DNA of 64,000 bases. Origin: Malacoraja senta (lineage: Eukaryota). The DNA is taken from positions 372,001 to 436,000 of the forward strand of contig CM075993.1 in assembly GCA_038087875.1 (NCBI GenBank), given 5' to 3'. Below, piece by piece: positions 39,701-54,700 of this stretch (within the stretch, counting starts at the first letter, position 1; the number at the start of each line of letters is the position of its first letter). The notes under the pieces were generated by a model, which did not search any database, was not told the DNA's origin, and saw only the letters and a program-made list of their open reading frames with translations. Made by a program: the position numbers and the translations under genes.

Positions 39701-42700
39701 TGGTTAGAGGGCCCTTCAGTACATATATAACAGCATTGGCAAGGCATCTTATAATACAGGAGCCCAGCAACTGCACAGACACCAAGAAACAAGAACTTAA
39801 GGAATGTCTTAATGGGGGAGAGGTTCAGGGAGGGAATTCCACAGCACAGCTGGCAATAATTGAGCACTGGATGACCAAGGATGGAATTGGAGTGGGAGGT
39901 GGAGATCTCAGAACTTGTCGCAGAGTTGTGCAGGGGTGCAGAGTTCGGACGAGGTCTCAGGTGGGTGACCACAGGGGCTAGAAGCAGGGAAGACATTTTC
40001 CATAGCATGGTTTGGGGGGGGGGGGGGGGGGGGGCACTTCTATGCCATGAAGTGCCATGGCATAGAAGGTTGCAGACCAAAAGTGGGGAAATTAGATGAA
40101 AGGTCGACATGGACCAAGAGGCCTATTTCTGTGCAGTGTGCCACAAAATGTAGCTGCTCGAACCATTTTTGAAGGTGGCCACAGCTAAATATTAAGCACC
40201 TAGCCGTACCATTGTCACCCTTATACAGATAGGTACAGAAACAAAACTACATGAGCAAAACATCACACAATGCTCGAACTAATACAAAATGCACTAATTA
40301 CAGAAGAATAAACCTCTAATTTATTTGGCAGTATTACCGGCTTTGGCCAATGAACTGTCATTGGCTCCTGACTGAATGGTTTGCTGGGACTATTAGAGGA
40401 TAGCTGCTGGTCTGAGGTTTGAAAGATATGTATAGACTATTTCCTTCTCTGAAGTATTATCAGTAAACCAAGTGAATTTTACAACAATTTGGTAATTTTG
40501 TTGTCATTATTACACATATCATACTTTTAATATCAAATGTCAAATTCTTCAGCTCCTTCAGTAAAATTTAAGATTCCGATTTCAAGACCTCCAGTGACAT
40601 TCATTCAGCAACCACAATGACGTCATACATCTGTTATGCTTCCCAAAGATGAACTGTACAAATCTTCAGTTGGCCAAGGCTACACAAATGTGATAGAAAT
40701 ACGAAGATAGACAGAAAAAGCTGGAGTAACTCCGCAGGACAGGCAGCATCTCTGGAGAGAAGGAATGGGTGATATTTCGGGTCGAGACCCTTCTTCAGAC
40801 CTGATAGAAATACTTTGTATTGTAGATATCAAGTAAACTTAAAAGCAATAAATCTCAAAATAAACATACCACATTATGTCCACTGAACCATTCCTGCTCA
40901 GCATTCTTTTTTTAAACAGCCAATGGATTAGGATGCAATGGGCTTCCGTCCCATCACTTTGGCTCATTGCTCTCACAACTCTTGTTGGAATATACCCTGA
41001 ACGTGGAACCTACAGGCTTATGCTATTCAGGGGTTCATCAATAGATCAATCAGTGGAAAATCTCACACAAAATGATCTGAACAGGTACCTTTTACAAGAT
41101 CAGACATCCCAACCAAAGTGTGACATTCAGGAAAATATTTAAACTAACTTGTTCTTTAGATGGCTTAGGAAGTTTGGCATTTCCCCAACAACTCTTACAA
41201 AATTCTACAGATGGGCCGTAGAAAACATTTTATCAGGATGCATCACAGCATGGTTTGGGAACAACTCCATCCAAGAGCGCAAGAAATTGCAGAGAGTTTT
41301 GGATGCAGCGCAGCCACAAACCAACCTCTCTTCCATTGACTCCATCTACACTACACACTGCCTCGGCAAGGCCTGCAGCATAATCAAGAACGAGTCTCTC
41401 CCCGGCCACTGCCTCTTCTCCCCTCTCCCATCAAATAAAAGGTGCAGAAGTGTGCAAATGTATACCTCAAGAATCAGGGACAGTTCCCCCCCCCCCCCCC
41501 AGCTATTATCGGGCAGCTGAACCATCCTCTCACCAACTAGAGAGTGGACCTAAACTACTATCTTCGCAATATCTTTAATCGGACTTTACTGGACTTTCTC
41601 TTGCACTTAATGCTCTTCTCTTTATCATGTGTCTGTACACTGTGGAAGGATCGATTGTAATCATGTAAAATCTTTCCGCTGACTGGTTAGCATGCAGCAA
41701 AAAGCTTTTCGCTGTACCTCGATACACATAACAAACTTTTCTGTAAATCTATGGCACAAATTTGTTTCTGCAGAGCAACAATGGCAAATTATGCCAGGAT
41801 CCTCGCAGGGAAGCAAGGTGAGAAAGATAACACTCCATTCAATAAATGAGACCAATGTCAGCACCATCAAGGAGTTTGTATTTTTAAACCCAATGGCATT
41901 CTTCCCTCATCTGATTATTTGCAGTTGATTGCACAAATTTCAGTATAGTGCTCACTACACCTTAAAATGTCACCTTCACCATTAATCTTATCAGATACCT
42001 TCTCAAAATGCTGATAAATTTACTGTTCAATCACTGCATATGTTTTTTAAAAAAAGAACTCGCTCCAACTCTCCACATGTATAGTTGTTACATATAGCAA
42101 TATTCCATCTGGACAAATAGGGTTTTCCAATACTCAACATGCAACTCATGAGCCTACAGCCCTTCCCAAGTTTAACTTGGAATATTAATCAGAAAGATCA
42201 CAGCTGATCTGATGGTAACCTCAACCCTGTAGTCTTGCTGTCCTCCGAGTAACCTTTCAATTCCCTGCTTATCGGGAACTTATCTACCTTTACATTGAAA
42301 CATTCAAAGGCTGACTGCCTCTCTTGAGCAAGTGCATTGCAAAGGCTCACAATTATAGTCAGTCACACAGCACTAAAACAGTCTCTTCAGCCCACCTCGT
42401 CCACTGGACCCATCTACCCACATTTAGTCCATAGCTTTCTACGCCATGAGAACTCAAGTGCTTCTTAATGTTGCAAGATTCTCAGAAAACAATTTGCCTC
42501 CTCGCTCTTAAATGGGCCGCCTTTATTTGTAAACAGTGACCTCCGGTTCTAGGTTCTCACACAAGAGGAAACATCTCCACACCCACCTGTGAAGATCCCT
42601 CAGGATTTTATGTTTCAAACAAGAAATCTCCCTGCAGTGTCATTCACATCAATTTTTGTCTTTTTCTAGCACTTGCCTTAGCAACAGTTTTTTTTTAAAT

Positions 42701-45700
42701 TATTTACAGTAAATGAGAATTGAAAAACAAGAAGATTGATTTACACCAGATTTCTGGTTAGAAGGACGTGTAGAAAACTGCAGGCCGTAAATTCCTTTGT
42801 AAAGTCAAGGGTCTTGCACCACAGTACTGATACAAACAACCAATTAGCAAAGTTATCTGCAGCCTGGAAGGAATGTCCTGCTAACAATGTACTGTGTTTT
42901 GTGGTTCTACGGGGAGAGATTATGGATTGTCCAAACAAGCCCAATTTAAAATATTTATGAGGAACATGGAAAGAATTAACCAGCACTCCAAGTTTAGTTT
43001 TTAAACTTTGATGTTAGGGGCAATAAATAATTATAACAATAACAGATTTGCTTATCAGTGCTCTTTCATATCCCCCAAGCATTTCCTAATTTCTCCACAG
43101 GAAGCTACTTCACGTAGGAAAGTAACAACAGCCAAGAAACACACAATATTCAGCCATCTATTGAAATGTACAAAACTCTCACCAGTCCTGACAAGGAAGA
43201 TGTAGGGATGAGCTATCCCGCAGCTTGGGTGTTTGGAACTTACTGCGGCATTTTGTGTCTATCTTCGGTGTAAACCAGCATCTGCAGTTCCTTCCTACAC
43301 ATGCAGTTTTACTTGTTCTGCTTTCAGGAGGGAAAGTGAAATCTCAACATTCTCTGCTCAGTAAAGCTGTAGAGTCTCAGTCACTGGGGACTGGTAGAGC
43401 GTGGGATACAAAGAGAATGGAGATATGGGGTTAATGCAGAAAAACGGTCCCAAGGGGAAATGTCAGCCATTATCTTACAGAATGACAGAGAAGGCCTACT
43501 CCTGCCTCTGGTCTTCAATGATGCAGCTTTCTTGGTTTCCACACCATAAATAAATTTGCATCAATATTTCATCATTTACCACAAACCACGTTCACACTAA
43601 TAATCTCTCAGGAAATCGGTGACTTGCACAGCATGGCAACGCAGCAGTAGAGTTGCTGCCTCACAGCGCCAGAGACCCAGGTACAATCTTGACTATGGGT
43701 GCTGTCTGTACAGAATTTACATGTTCTCCCTGTGACCACGTGGGTTTTCCCCCAGGTGCTCCGGTTTCCTCCCACACTCCAAAGACAAACAGGTTTGTTG
43801 GGTAATTGGCTCAGGTAAACAAAATTGCAAATTGTCCTATCAAAACATTGAAAACCGTTCCAAAAGCCTTTGACAGCAAGGCCATCAATGCCTCCCAGGG
43901 ATGGGGATGCAGAACCGGATTGCAGTGGTCTGCTTCTCGTATAGTTCTAAGTTCCCATCCCGTCCTGATGCAGCTTCTTGACCCAAAGCATCCATTATCC
44001 CTTTTCCTGCACAGATGCTGCCTGGCCTGCTGAGTTCCTCCGGCACATTCTTTGTTGCTCCAAATTCCAGCAACTACAGTGTCTTGTCTTGGAACTTCTG
44101 TTGAAGGGACAAGCTCAGCTGATGGGCTAAGGCTAAGCTATATAGCTGCTTGATTCATTACCTTAAAATTAGAGCCAGGCTTTTCAGATGTGGAGTAAAC
44201 GCAGCGAGTGATAAAAGCTTGGAACTTGCTTCTGGAAACATTAGATCAATTGATAATTTTAAATCAGAATTTGGTGGTTTTTGTAAAAAAGTTATTGACA
44301 AATGTGGAACAAATGCAGGAAACAGCTAGGTTAAAGGTCAGCCATGAACTCATTGAATGACTGAAAACTTAGCCTTCAATTTTACATCAGTTTGTGGATC
44401 TGTATCAAATTCTCTCTGACCTCAGTAATATTACATTATCAGTACATGTTATTCATACAGCAGACATTTTATCTAATTTGGAAAAAAACAGATCCCTGCA
44501 GAACATTTACAGTTCCATTTAAACAGAAATGATCAAACAATGTTTCCACTGTACTTCCAGAACACTATCAGTAACAGGCAGATAGCATAATTTTTCTCTG
44601 GGCAGAATTGCATTACTTTATCAAGAACGAGCTATGAACAACTCGACAGGCTATTCTCCATAGTTTCCTTTAATTTGGATCTCACCCTGCAGATTTCAAA
44701 AGCACTACTTCACATGTTCAGTATTCTGTCGACTATACCAGAGTTCTCAAAATATTCTGTTGGAATACAATAAAAAGGTCACTAATAAGTATGGTTTTAA
44801 ATTTTCAACACCCTGCTGATGAGCCAAGGAGTATTGGGAAAGACATCCTCAAGTTCAAGTAATTTTATATTCAAATTGTGTTCCACGGGGCAATTTATAA
44901 CAACATTTAAAAGACATTTGGACAGGTGCATGAATATGTGAGTAGGAAAGGTTGAGAAGAATACAGGCCAGGTGAGACTAGCATAGATGGAGCATCTTTG
45001 TCGACACTGGCAAGTTGGGCCGATGGGCCCATTTCTGTGCGGTATGGCTGACTCTAATAGACCAACTGTGAGTCAAAAATGGCAGCCTGTAAATGTCCTG
45101 TAATAGGTCAGGGTTACATAGATTGTATGCAAGTTCATTATTTTCTTGTTTCTGTTCTGTACCTATAGACACTGAAATGTCAAGCATGTAATTCACAGAT
45201 TTATCTGCTACTTGTTTCCCTTATTCACCGAATGTTAACAAAAGTGGACAAAACTAATGGATTCAATTTGTGTGTTTTATGCACAGCCATGAAAATGTCC
45301 GGGAGTGGTGACATTTTAAATGATGTTTCTCTTAAAACAGCCGTTTACAACCATTTCTCCTTATCAAGCCATTCCAGCACTGAGTAAGTCATTAGTTTCA
45401 TTGCTGAGATTCCTGTCAATCATCGCTATTTCAAAGGAACTCTCGGAACTCCCGATCTTTATTAGACCCGATGCTGCCGGCTCAAGCTGTCAGCACTAAC
45501 AAAGCAAGGAAGCCTGGTAGTCCAGGGAGGGGGGCAGCAGGTGTGGTTGAAACAAGGGGGGGTCCTGCTATCCTCCCCAACGTCTCCCAGACTTGAAAAG
45601 CTGAGAGCAAATGCTGCTGTTCTCAAAGCAGCTCTGGAACTGCTTTGTTCCCTGACTCACCTCACCCCACACAACCCGAGTGTTTCTCCATTTACTGTGT

Positions 45701-48700
45701 GGACCGCACAAAATCCTCAGGCAAAAGGAAAGGTGGCATTGATGTGAGTCTGAGCCAATTCTGCTCCCATGCCTGGAATACCCGTTCATGAAGGAAATTC
45801 ACCTCTACCATCTTGTCCATCTTGTCAGTGGTCTATGCAGCTCAAGCTAACGCCAAGATGGCACTGAACAAATTATACTCGGTCAGTAATTCCTTGAGAC
45901 AGCATGCCCTACGATATGATAAGATAGAACTTAATTCATCCCCGGAAGGAAATCCCCTGATGCCCATTCATCATCACCGTGACTTCAACCAGGGCAACTT
46001 CAGAAACATACTCCCCAAATACCATCAGTATGTTCTCCTATCCCCTGCAGGATGTTAACATTATTGACCATTGCTTCACCACCATCAAATATGCCTATCG
46101 CTCCATCCCTCACCCTCATTTCACCCAATCTGACCATCAGTGGCTGCTGCTCCTTCCAGGTTACAGACAGAGATTGAAACGCGAGGCTCCAACATAGAGA
46201 GTAATACAGCAAGGTCCCTGCCGGTAATGTCCTATACATTTCTTGACAGGTCAGCTCTCTTGACAAGGTAAACTCTCAGAAAGTGGCCAACCCGCATGGA
46301 GCACCTGGACAGGTTCTGCAATTATGTGCCAACCAATTGGCTAGAGTTTTCACACTCTCACTTCAATAATCTTCTTGCCCCCATCTGCGTTAAGGAAATC
46401 TCCATCATTCCAGTCTCTGAAAATTAAAGCAACTTCTCTGTGACTACCACCCAATAGCTCTAACAACGACCATAATGACGACTAAATGATAACTAATGGC
46501 GTATGTTTGTGGTCTTCTGGACAATCTCGACCCCCTGCAATTCACATACAGGACAATTAGGTCTATGGAGGATGCTGTCTCTCTGGCACTACATTCAGCT
46601 TTTGACAATAAAAACACCAATTGCAAGATGCTATTCATCGATTACAGCTCAGCCTGCAACACCAGAATGCCAAATAAGCTCATCCCTTCTAAACCAAGGT
46701 CTTGAGATCTCAATCAGCAACTCACTTCTGGACTTCCTGACCGGCAGACCTGTCAGTTACAATTGGTCATAACATTTTTTTCATGCTGACTCTCAACGCT
46801 GGTGCCCCGCAGAATTGCTATTTGGTAGGTTAATTTCCCCTAGTGTGAGGTTTGGCGGTAAAGTCACTGGAGCTGAGGCAGCAGCTTCACTAACTGGACT
46901 GCCCATGTTTATGGCAAGTTGCTCTTATATGTTATATTTCTGCACCGTTCACCTCAATGATAATTAAGCCAAGGTTAAGCAGTTATCGATGATCTAACTC
47001 ATGGATAGCAGATGCCACAAATTATACACCTACTAAAATCTGTCAGAGACATTATACAGTTTTCATCACCCATTACAACAGTTTTTAAAGCAGTAGCACT
47101 AAGTATGCACCCTGACCTGAGTAAATGGATCCTGCTTGACATTAGTACCGTCAAAACAGAAAAAAGAAAACAGGCCAAAAAGCAGGGTGTTTTTGGGAAG
47201 ATTATTTGCTATTGTTACCTGGTTTGACCTGTGTACATGCCAGGCTCGTATTGATGTGGTGATGCCCTCTGTAATGGCCCAGCAAATGCCTCAGACAAAG
47301 GCAAGTAAAAGGACAAAGTGGCAAAAAGTCAGTCTGCATTCCTGTTACTGGCACAAATACCAGACTCAAAAGCAATGCCTTCTACACTAAACAGATTTAT
47401 TAAGCTCCACTGACTGAATGAATTGCTATTGTTCAGTTAATAATGCCACCATTGCTTTTCAAAAAGCATCCTTGCCAGGTGAGGAAGAGAAAGAGTTGAA
47501 TACCAATTTCAAACTGAAGAGACATCAATCATTTGAAAATAGTTCTGGCAATAAACCTGAATACAGCCATAGCTGCCGATCAGTACAGTCCCACCACCCT
47601 GGGATCTATTTCAACCTCGCTTGCAGTCTTTATTGTACATTCTCCATGAACATGTAGGTGCTCTGGCTTCCTCTGGCATCCCAATAAGATGAGAGTTGAA
47701 AAGTTAATCAGCAGTTGTAAATGTATCCAAAGGCAGGTGGTTGAAAGTTGACTGGCATGCAAGAGTCAATAGTTACAGGGAAATAAGTGAGGGAATATGA
47801 TTGCTTCAAAGGTGATTATTGTATCGATGAACAACATCGTCTTCTTGTATATTGTAAGGAAATACTGTATAAACATTTTTTTCACCCATTTCTATAGGTA
47901 ATCTATATCCTGTTGTAAACTTGACTGTGCACATGTTCACCAATTTTGGTATTGTCTGCAAATTTACTAACCACCCCATCTACATTTACATCTGTCATTT
48001 ATATACATCACAAACAACAAAGATCCCAGCAAAATTACACTGACCACAGACCTCCAGTCAAAATTACAGCCTTCCATCACAACCCTTTGTCTTCTACAAG
48101 AAACCAGTTTTGAATCCAAATGACCAAGTCACCATGGATCCCATGAATTTTAAGTTTCTGCAGCAATCTACCATGAACGGCTTACTAAAATTCCTGTAGA
48201 CAACATCCGCCACCCTACTCCCATCAATCATCTTTGTTGTCACCTCCGAAAACTCGATCAAGGCATTTCATTATGTAGGATGGTCACTGACTAGCAAGTG
48301 TAATAGGAATGCAAAACAGTTAAGACGGAGGATTAGGACCCTATCCTTCAAGGAACATCTCAAAAGAACAGCAGCTAAGGTGAAGTCCAGAAACAATCTC
48401 CTCAGTAAGCTTGTTAGTTCAAAGTGGGGGGCAGCAGCCCCCACGCTGCGCATTTCAGCACTAGCCCTTGCATTTTCTTCAGCCGAATATTGCGCCCCTG
48501 TTTGGTCCAGGTCATCCCACACACACCATGTGGACACCCAATTGAACTCAACAATGAGGATCATCACAGGAACAATCCACTCAACACCACTCCCCTGGCT
48601 CCCTGTCCTATCCAATATAGCCCCTCCACACATCCGGCGAGTAGCGCTCACTCAAAGGATGCTCCAAAAGACCAAAAACTCCCCTCATCTGCCAATTCAC

Positions 48701-51700
48701 ATGGACATCTTCAACCCACCCACTGCTCGACTTCCATCTAGATGACCAATTTGGAAGAACCCACCACCCGCTGATTTCACCACCCAATCAGCTTGGAAAA
48801 AGGAATGGGAGTCCAAGGACGTCCCAAATAAACATCTGGTGTCAGACCCAACCCTGGCACCAATCTCCCAAGGAAGCAGTGGACGACGCTGAATAGATTC
48901 AGGACTGGACATGGCCCCTGCTTGGCCAGCCTTCACAAATGGGGCAGCAGCCCAACCCCACGGTGTGCTTGTGGAGAGCAGCAAACAATGCAACACAGCA
49001 TTGAAGCATGCCCTCAAAAAAGACTTAAAGGAGGACTTGTCACCCTTCATACAGCAGATCAAGAGGCAACTGCTTGGCTAAAGGACTTTGCATTCGCTAA
49101 ATAAATAAAATAGGCCAACAAAATAATCCAGGATTCGCTGACAATGCCATTTTCATAAAGTCCTCTTGCCAAACTGAACACCGTACAAAACCTATTTTTG
49201 TTGAATGCAAAGTGATGTCACCCGTAAATAGTACCAATATTTCTCAGATTCAGCAACTCCCACCAGCTGCCAATGACTAAACTCTAAACTTGCATAATCA
49301 TTATCAATAAAGATATGTCGAAATGTTAAGCAGCCACAGAATGGGTTTGGAGTAATTTGCATAAAGTCCCAAGAACATTCCTGTTGCTGGCACCATAGTC
49401 TCAGCACGTTGCTATTAAATGTGGAAAGCTACAACAATGGAGGGAAACTCACACGCAGCTGCTTTCCACACCCTGTTCTTTACTGCAGTTCTCCATATTG
49501 CACAAACACTTTTTTTAAATAGGACACCTGCACTGAAACCTCAGCTGTTTAGCAAATCAGGAAAGTGTCATTCAATGAGGTCATATTTCCAAAAAGTCTG
49601 ATACTCAGAGAAACAAAAGAATAAAGGCTCTGTTCTGTGACAGTGTGCTACATTGATCGGTCTACAATCAAGATACAAAGAAAATGAACATGGTGCACCT
49701 GAAGTTTCAGTAGTGGGAAGGAGAGCTTGAAAGGAAGGACGACCAATTGATCCGATAGCAATTGACCTGATATCAGAGCAGCTAAGTACCATGTCACCTG
49801 GAAGATTACTGCCAAGATCATGTACAGCGTTTCCACCCCCAAGTTACATCCATCAATGATTAACACGAGCCTTCACAAATGCAAGAAAACAGATTGAGAT
49901 CTTTGACATATGGAAAGATCAGAGGAATATACTTGACTAGAAACTACCACACAGTGATTTCAACACAAAAAACTCTTATTTTAATAACAAAATAGCATAA
50001 ATTTGAAAAATGACTAAGGAACCAAAGGCTGCAGAATACTATAAGTTGGTTAAATGTTAAACTTTTGCATTACTTGAAGATTTTTTAACGAATGAAGACC
50101 ATGTTGAACGTGAAAATTCAGCACAATACTCTTTGCCTTGTTAATAATGCACTTAAAATTATAAATGTACACAGAAGTTGCCAGACAAAGAAAAAGGTTC
50201 CCACTAGTGGGAACAAATTAGAGGTGGACTCCCAAAATCATCTGGAGGCAGATAGCGAAGCGTAGATTGAACTAACTTTCAAGATAACGTTAATTTAAGA
50301 GTATAACACTGCCTGTTGCATTACTGGCCACTTGTCGGTCACTATTGATAAACATTTTGGTATAATTATTGATTGAGGGGAGGAATTTGGATGACTCAAT
50401 ACTGCATGGCTGATTTTTTCATTCTGTTCAGCCATATATTTTGCCCACTCTGCCACCCTTGTGTCAAATTAATTACCCGTGGTCAATTTGGCTCTATTTC
50501 ATCAAACTGTTGTGGAACTATGGGGGGGGGGGGGTATCATCTATTCACTGGATTATAAAATCTTTTGGCTTCATTGGCTAACCTAACTCCAAGTTTAAAC
50601 ATAGGCCAATGCGAAGAGAGGTCTTCCAGATTCTAATGAATAACCTTTACACCAAATTACCCACAAGGTAATAAGATGCACAAACTGTTCTGTACAAATC
50701 AGCACATTGATTAGCCAATCTCAGGATCAGAATTAACTCAACTTTTTACTTTTGTTATAGTTTGTCCAGTCCAAGTTAGTCCCAATCCCATCCCTGTCCA
50801 CATCCTTCTAAACCTCTCGTAACCACTCACGTGTCCAAATGTCTTTTAAAGGTTGTTAATATACCTGCTTCAACTACTTCTGGCAGCTCATTCCACATAC
50901 CCTCCACTCTCAGGTTCCTACTAAATCTTTCCCTCGCCTGGAACATATGTTCTCTAGTTCTCGATTTCCTTACCCTGGCAAATACTCTGTGATTCACTCT
51001 ATTCCCCTCACAATTAAAAAACCCCACTATGATAACCCCTTAGCCTCCTGCACTTTGAGGTAATTAATCTTTGTAATACTCTAATCCATGGGGTTGTGAA
51101 AGCTAGATTGTTCAAGACAATTTAAATGGACATAGATACATTTTGGATGGATCAGGGAATTGAGATGTGTGTAGAACTGGTACAGAAGAGGAGATGAGGA
51201 CTGCTGCAAATCAGCCTGGAGGGACCGTGGCCTCTTCCTTTTCTATTTTTATGCTCTCATAGTCTGGTCAGGCTCACGTAATCACATTTTCACTCTACTA
51301 AACCTATTAATTTACTGTATAGTAGACAGTCTCCAAACTAGTATTCAGTCAATGTGTAGTTATAGTTAAACAGTTCAAATTGAAATGTATAAACCACAGC
51401 AATATTTCCAATTATAAGAAAGAATTTCTAATACTGAATGTGAAAAACATACCACCCAATGAACTGCATAACTTACAAAACAATGTGAATTTCACGATTA
51501 GATGACAGTCTGATTGCACGTAGTCTTCAGTGACGTAGATTCCTTGAGGCTTTAGGTTTTTTGTTAGCTTAACCATTGTTCTTTAAAACAGAATAATGCA
51601 GGTATGGATGAGGAACAAACCCTCAGCCTGCAAGACCAGAACCATTTACAAAAGTATAATCTTTCTTTTTGTTGTTTAATCACACATGTTCAGGCATTTG

Positions 51701-54700
51701 AGTTTTTGGTAGGGGCGGAGAATAGTCTACAATAAATGAGGAGAGTACAATACAGAGTAAATGTAGTACCAACTGAAGCTCACATTGTATGCAATTGCGT
51801 CCAATAAACTAAAGTGGTTAAGAAGTCCAGCAATGAACCACGAATTGAAGAATTTGCATTGGTAATCAGGGGTTTTGGACCAATAATACCTAGTTGACAA
51901 GCTAATATTTACCAAAGGAAAAAGATTAAAGCATATATATTTCAGCATTCACGAGTTCTCATTTTTAACAAGATTGCTACACTTGTAACCAATGTATATT
52001 TGCTCACTAAAAACAAGTAGAATTATGGGATGCTTTGATCTAACACTCATCAATTGGATCCATTTGATAAGGGCAGGCACCAGAACTATAAATATGCACT
52101 TTGATTTTTACATGCTAGTAAAAAACTGACAAGTACAACCGTACAGGGTTGTATTTTGAATCAGTTTAAGTTTTCAGGTTCCAATCCTGATTATTGGTCG
52201 CTTCAAAGAAACCATTGTCTACGGTGGTAATTTAATTGTACTTATTCACAAGCTGGTTCAGACCTAGTCTGTGTTTTGCAAGTTACACCCAATTCATATT
52301 CATTTGACAAAAATACCACTGAACTCAAGTCAAATTCATTTCCCATCAATATGCTGAAAATGGATTTGAATTCCAGTGCAATTATAGTCAGAAAGCAAAT
52401 TCTTTACAGATGCCAACTGCTTTGTCCAGTATAAACTGGCACGGTCAATACCGTTGATGGGCACCAATTCTGAGAAATAAACCACAATCCTTTGTCAGGT
52501 GACTATTATACAAATTCATGCTGTTTTTTTTCGTACATTTTAAAATTTATTCGAGAACTAAATGGCAATTAGTTCAATAGCAGCCATTTGGTCATTTTGA
52601 TTAATGGTTAAACATCTAAACATTACAACCAGTCTTTCATCATTTAAATGCCAACAAGCCCACTGTGCATTCTCAGCATTTTCTTTTGCACAACAGAATA
52701 AAATGTTTCCTTTGTTGGCTGCAGAGGTTAGTGAGATTGGGCAACTCACTTTAGCTCCCACCAATGTGCAGCCACAGCACCAAACCGCTATTAATTCAAC
52801 ACCAAGTGACAAGGAGCTGGCAATCCGAGGTATAAACAGCCTGTAGTCATCGTCCAGGAGTCATTGCAGCAGAGAAGAAAGTTACTGATCATTCTTACAG
52901 GATGGTTTGATGCTGTCTGCTCTATATCCAATTTCCCAGCATCAACAATAAGCAAAGTCACAGAAACAGTTCCCCAGCCATTGAGATGAAAAAACATACT
53001 ACAAATTGCCATTATTTTGCATTATTATGTCCTATCCTTTGTCTACATGCCTGTGATGCTGCCACTGTATCTGAAGCTCGCCGTACTTGTGCAAATGGAT
53101 GAATTGAAATATGTCCAAAAAGGGATGCAATTGAAATCTCACAAAATATACTGCTTCTGATGCGAAATGCAGCAAATTGTCCATTTGGTCCATGCTTAAT
53201 TCCTAAGCTTGTCAGTCTCAGCTACATTTTACCACAAGGCACCCACTTGGCAGAGATGGACAAGCAATTCCTTGTCAAATCGACCACACGCAGAACCAGG
53301 GAGAAACTCTTCTGCAACATTACCCTTTTAGTATCAAGAAATTATTTTTAAATGTCAATAGAACTAATGGAAACAACACAATTGTACGCTCAATTTGCAT
53401 TGATCACAAAGAGAAAGGCTCATAAGCTTAAGTTTTCACGTTTCAAATGTATTGTTGGCTTTGCACAAATCTCGGTATGCAGCTTCAAGCTCGTGCTGTT
53501 GCCTTCTTCCCATACAGCAGGTGCTACATTAATGTAGCAACATAAGAGAGTTAGAGTACATCTTTCTCATGCAACTTAAACAATTAAAAACCGCAGGAAA
53601 AACTATGACATGAATATTTTGTTTGAAATTCGCAAATTGAACAGTTAATGATGCTAAACCAAGATAACTACCTTTATAGTCTAAAAAGTCAAAGTCTAAA
53701 AAGATAAATAAATTAATATTTCCCTGTGTACAAACCTACACACAAACAAAATGCAGTAATATCTTCATCTTAATGTAACTACATTTTTGACAGCTATTTA
53801 TTTGATATTAAATTGTTAAAATGGAAATGTGGACTTTATACATCTGCACCAGATCGTCATGTTGGTTATATGCCAGAGTAAATAAACCAACATTATACAA
53901 GTTGAAAAGTAACAGCGTTCTCCCAAAGAGACGTGTCGTTGGTTGCATTGTAAAATCAACCAACCAATTTTAAGAGCTACAATTTTTCACTGCAGCACAG
54001 GAGACATCATGAGAGGGATATAAAACGATTAGACATATAGATAGGCTAGTGATAGCAGATAGCCACTGTCCATTTCACAGAACACAGTGTCTAAAACTAA
54101 AAGGGCACAGGTTGAGACGAAAGGGAGGTTTTAAAGGTGACACGAGGGGTATATTTTTCACACAAAGATCTGAAATGAGCTGCCAGAGGTGGAAGAGGCA
54201 ACAACAACAAGACATTGAAGAGGCACCTGGATGGATAATTGAATAGGGTTACCAACTGTCCCGTATTAGCCAGAACATCCCATATATTGGGCTAAATTGG
54301 TTTGTCCCATACGGGACCGCCCTTGTTCGAGGGGTTTTTCACATTCAGTATTAGAAATTCTTTCTTATAATCGGAAATATTGCTGTGGTTTATACATTTC
54401 AATTTGAACTGTTTAACAATAACTACACATTGACTGAATACTAGTTTGTTTTGGAGACTTTGTCTACTATACAGTAAATCAATAGGTTTAGTAGAGTGAA
54501 AATGTGATTACGTGAGCCTGACCAGACTATGAGAGCATAAAAATAGAAAAGGAAGAGGCCACGGTCCCTCCAGGCTGATTTGCAGCAGTCCTCATCTCCT
54601 CTTCTGTACCAGTTCTACACACATCTCAATTCCCTGACTCTGTTCGAGGGGACTGTCGAGTCGGAGCGCTGTGTCCGGCCCTGCCTCACACGTCCCGACG

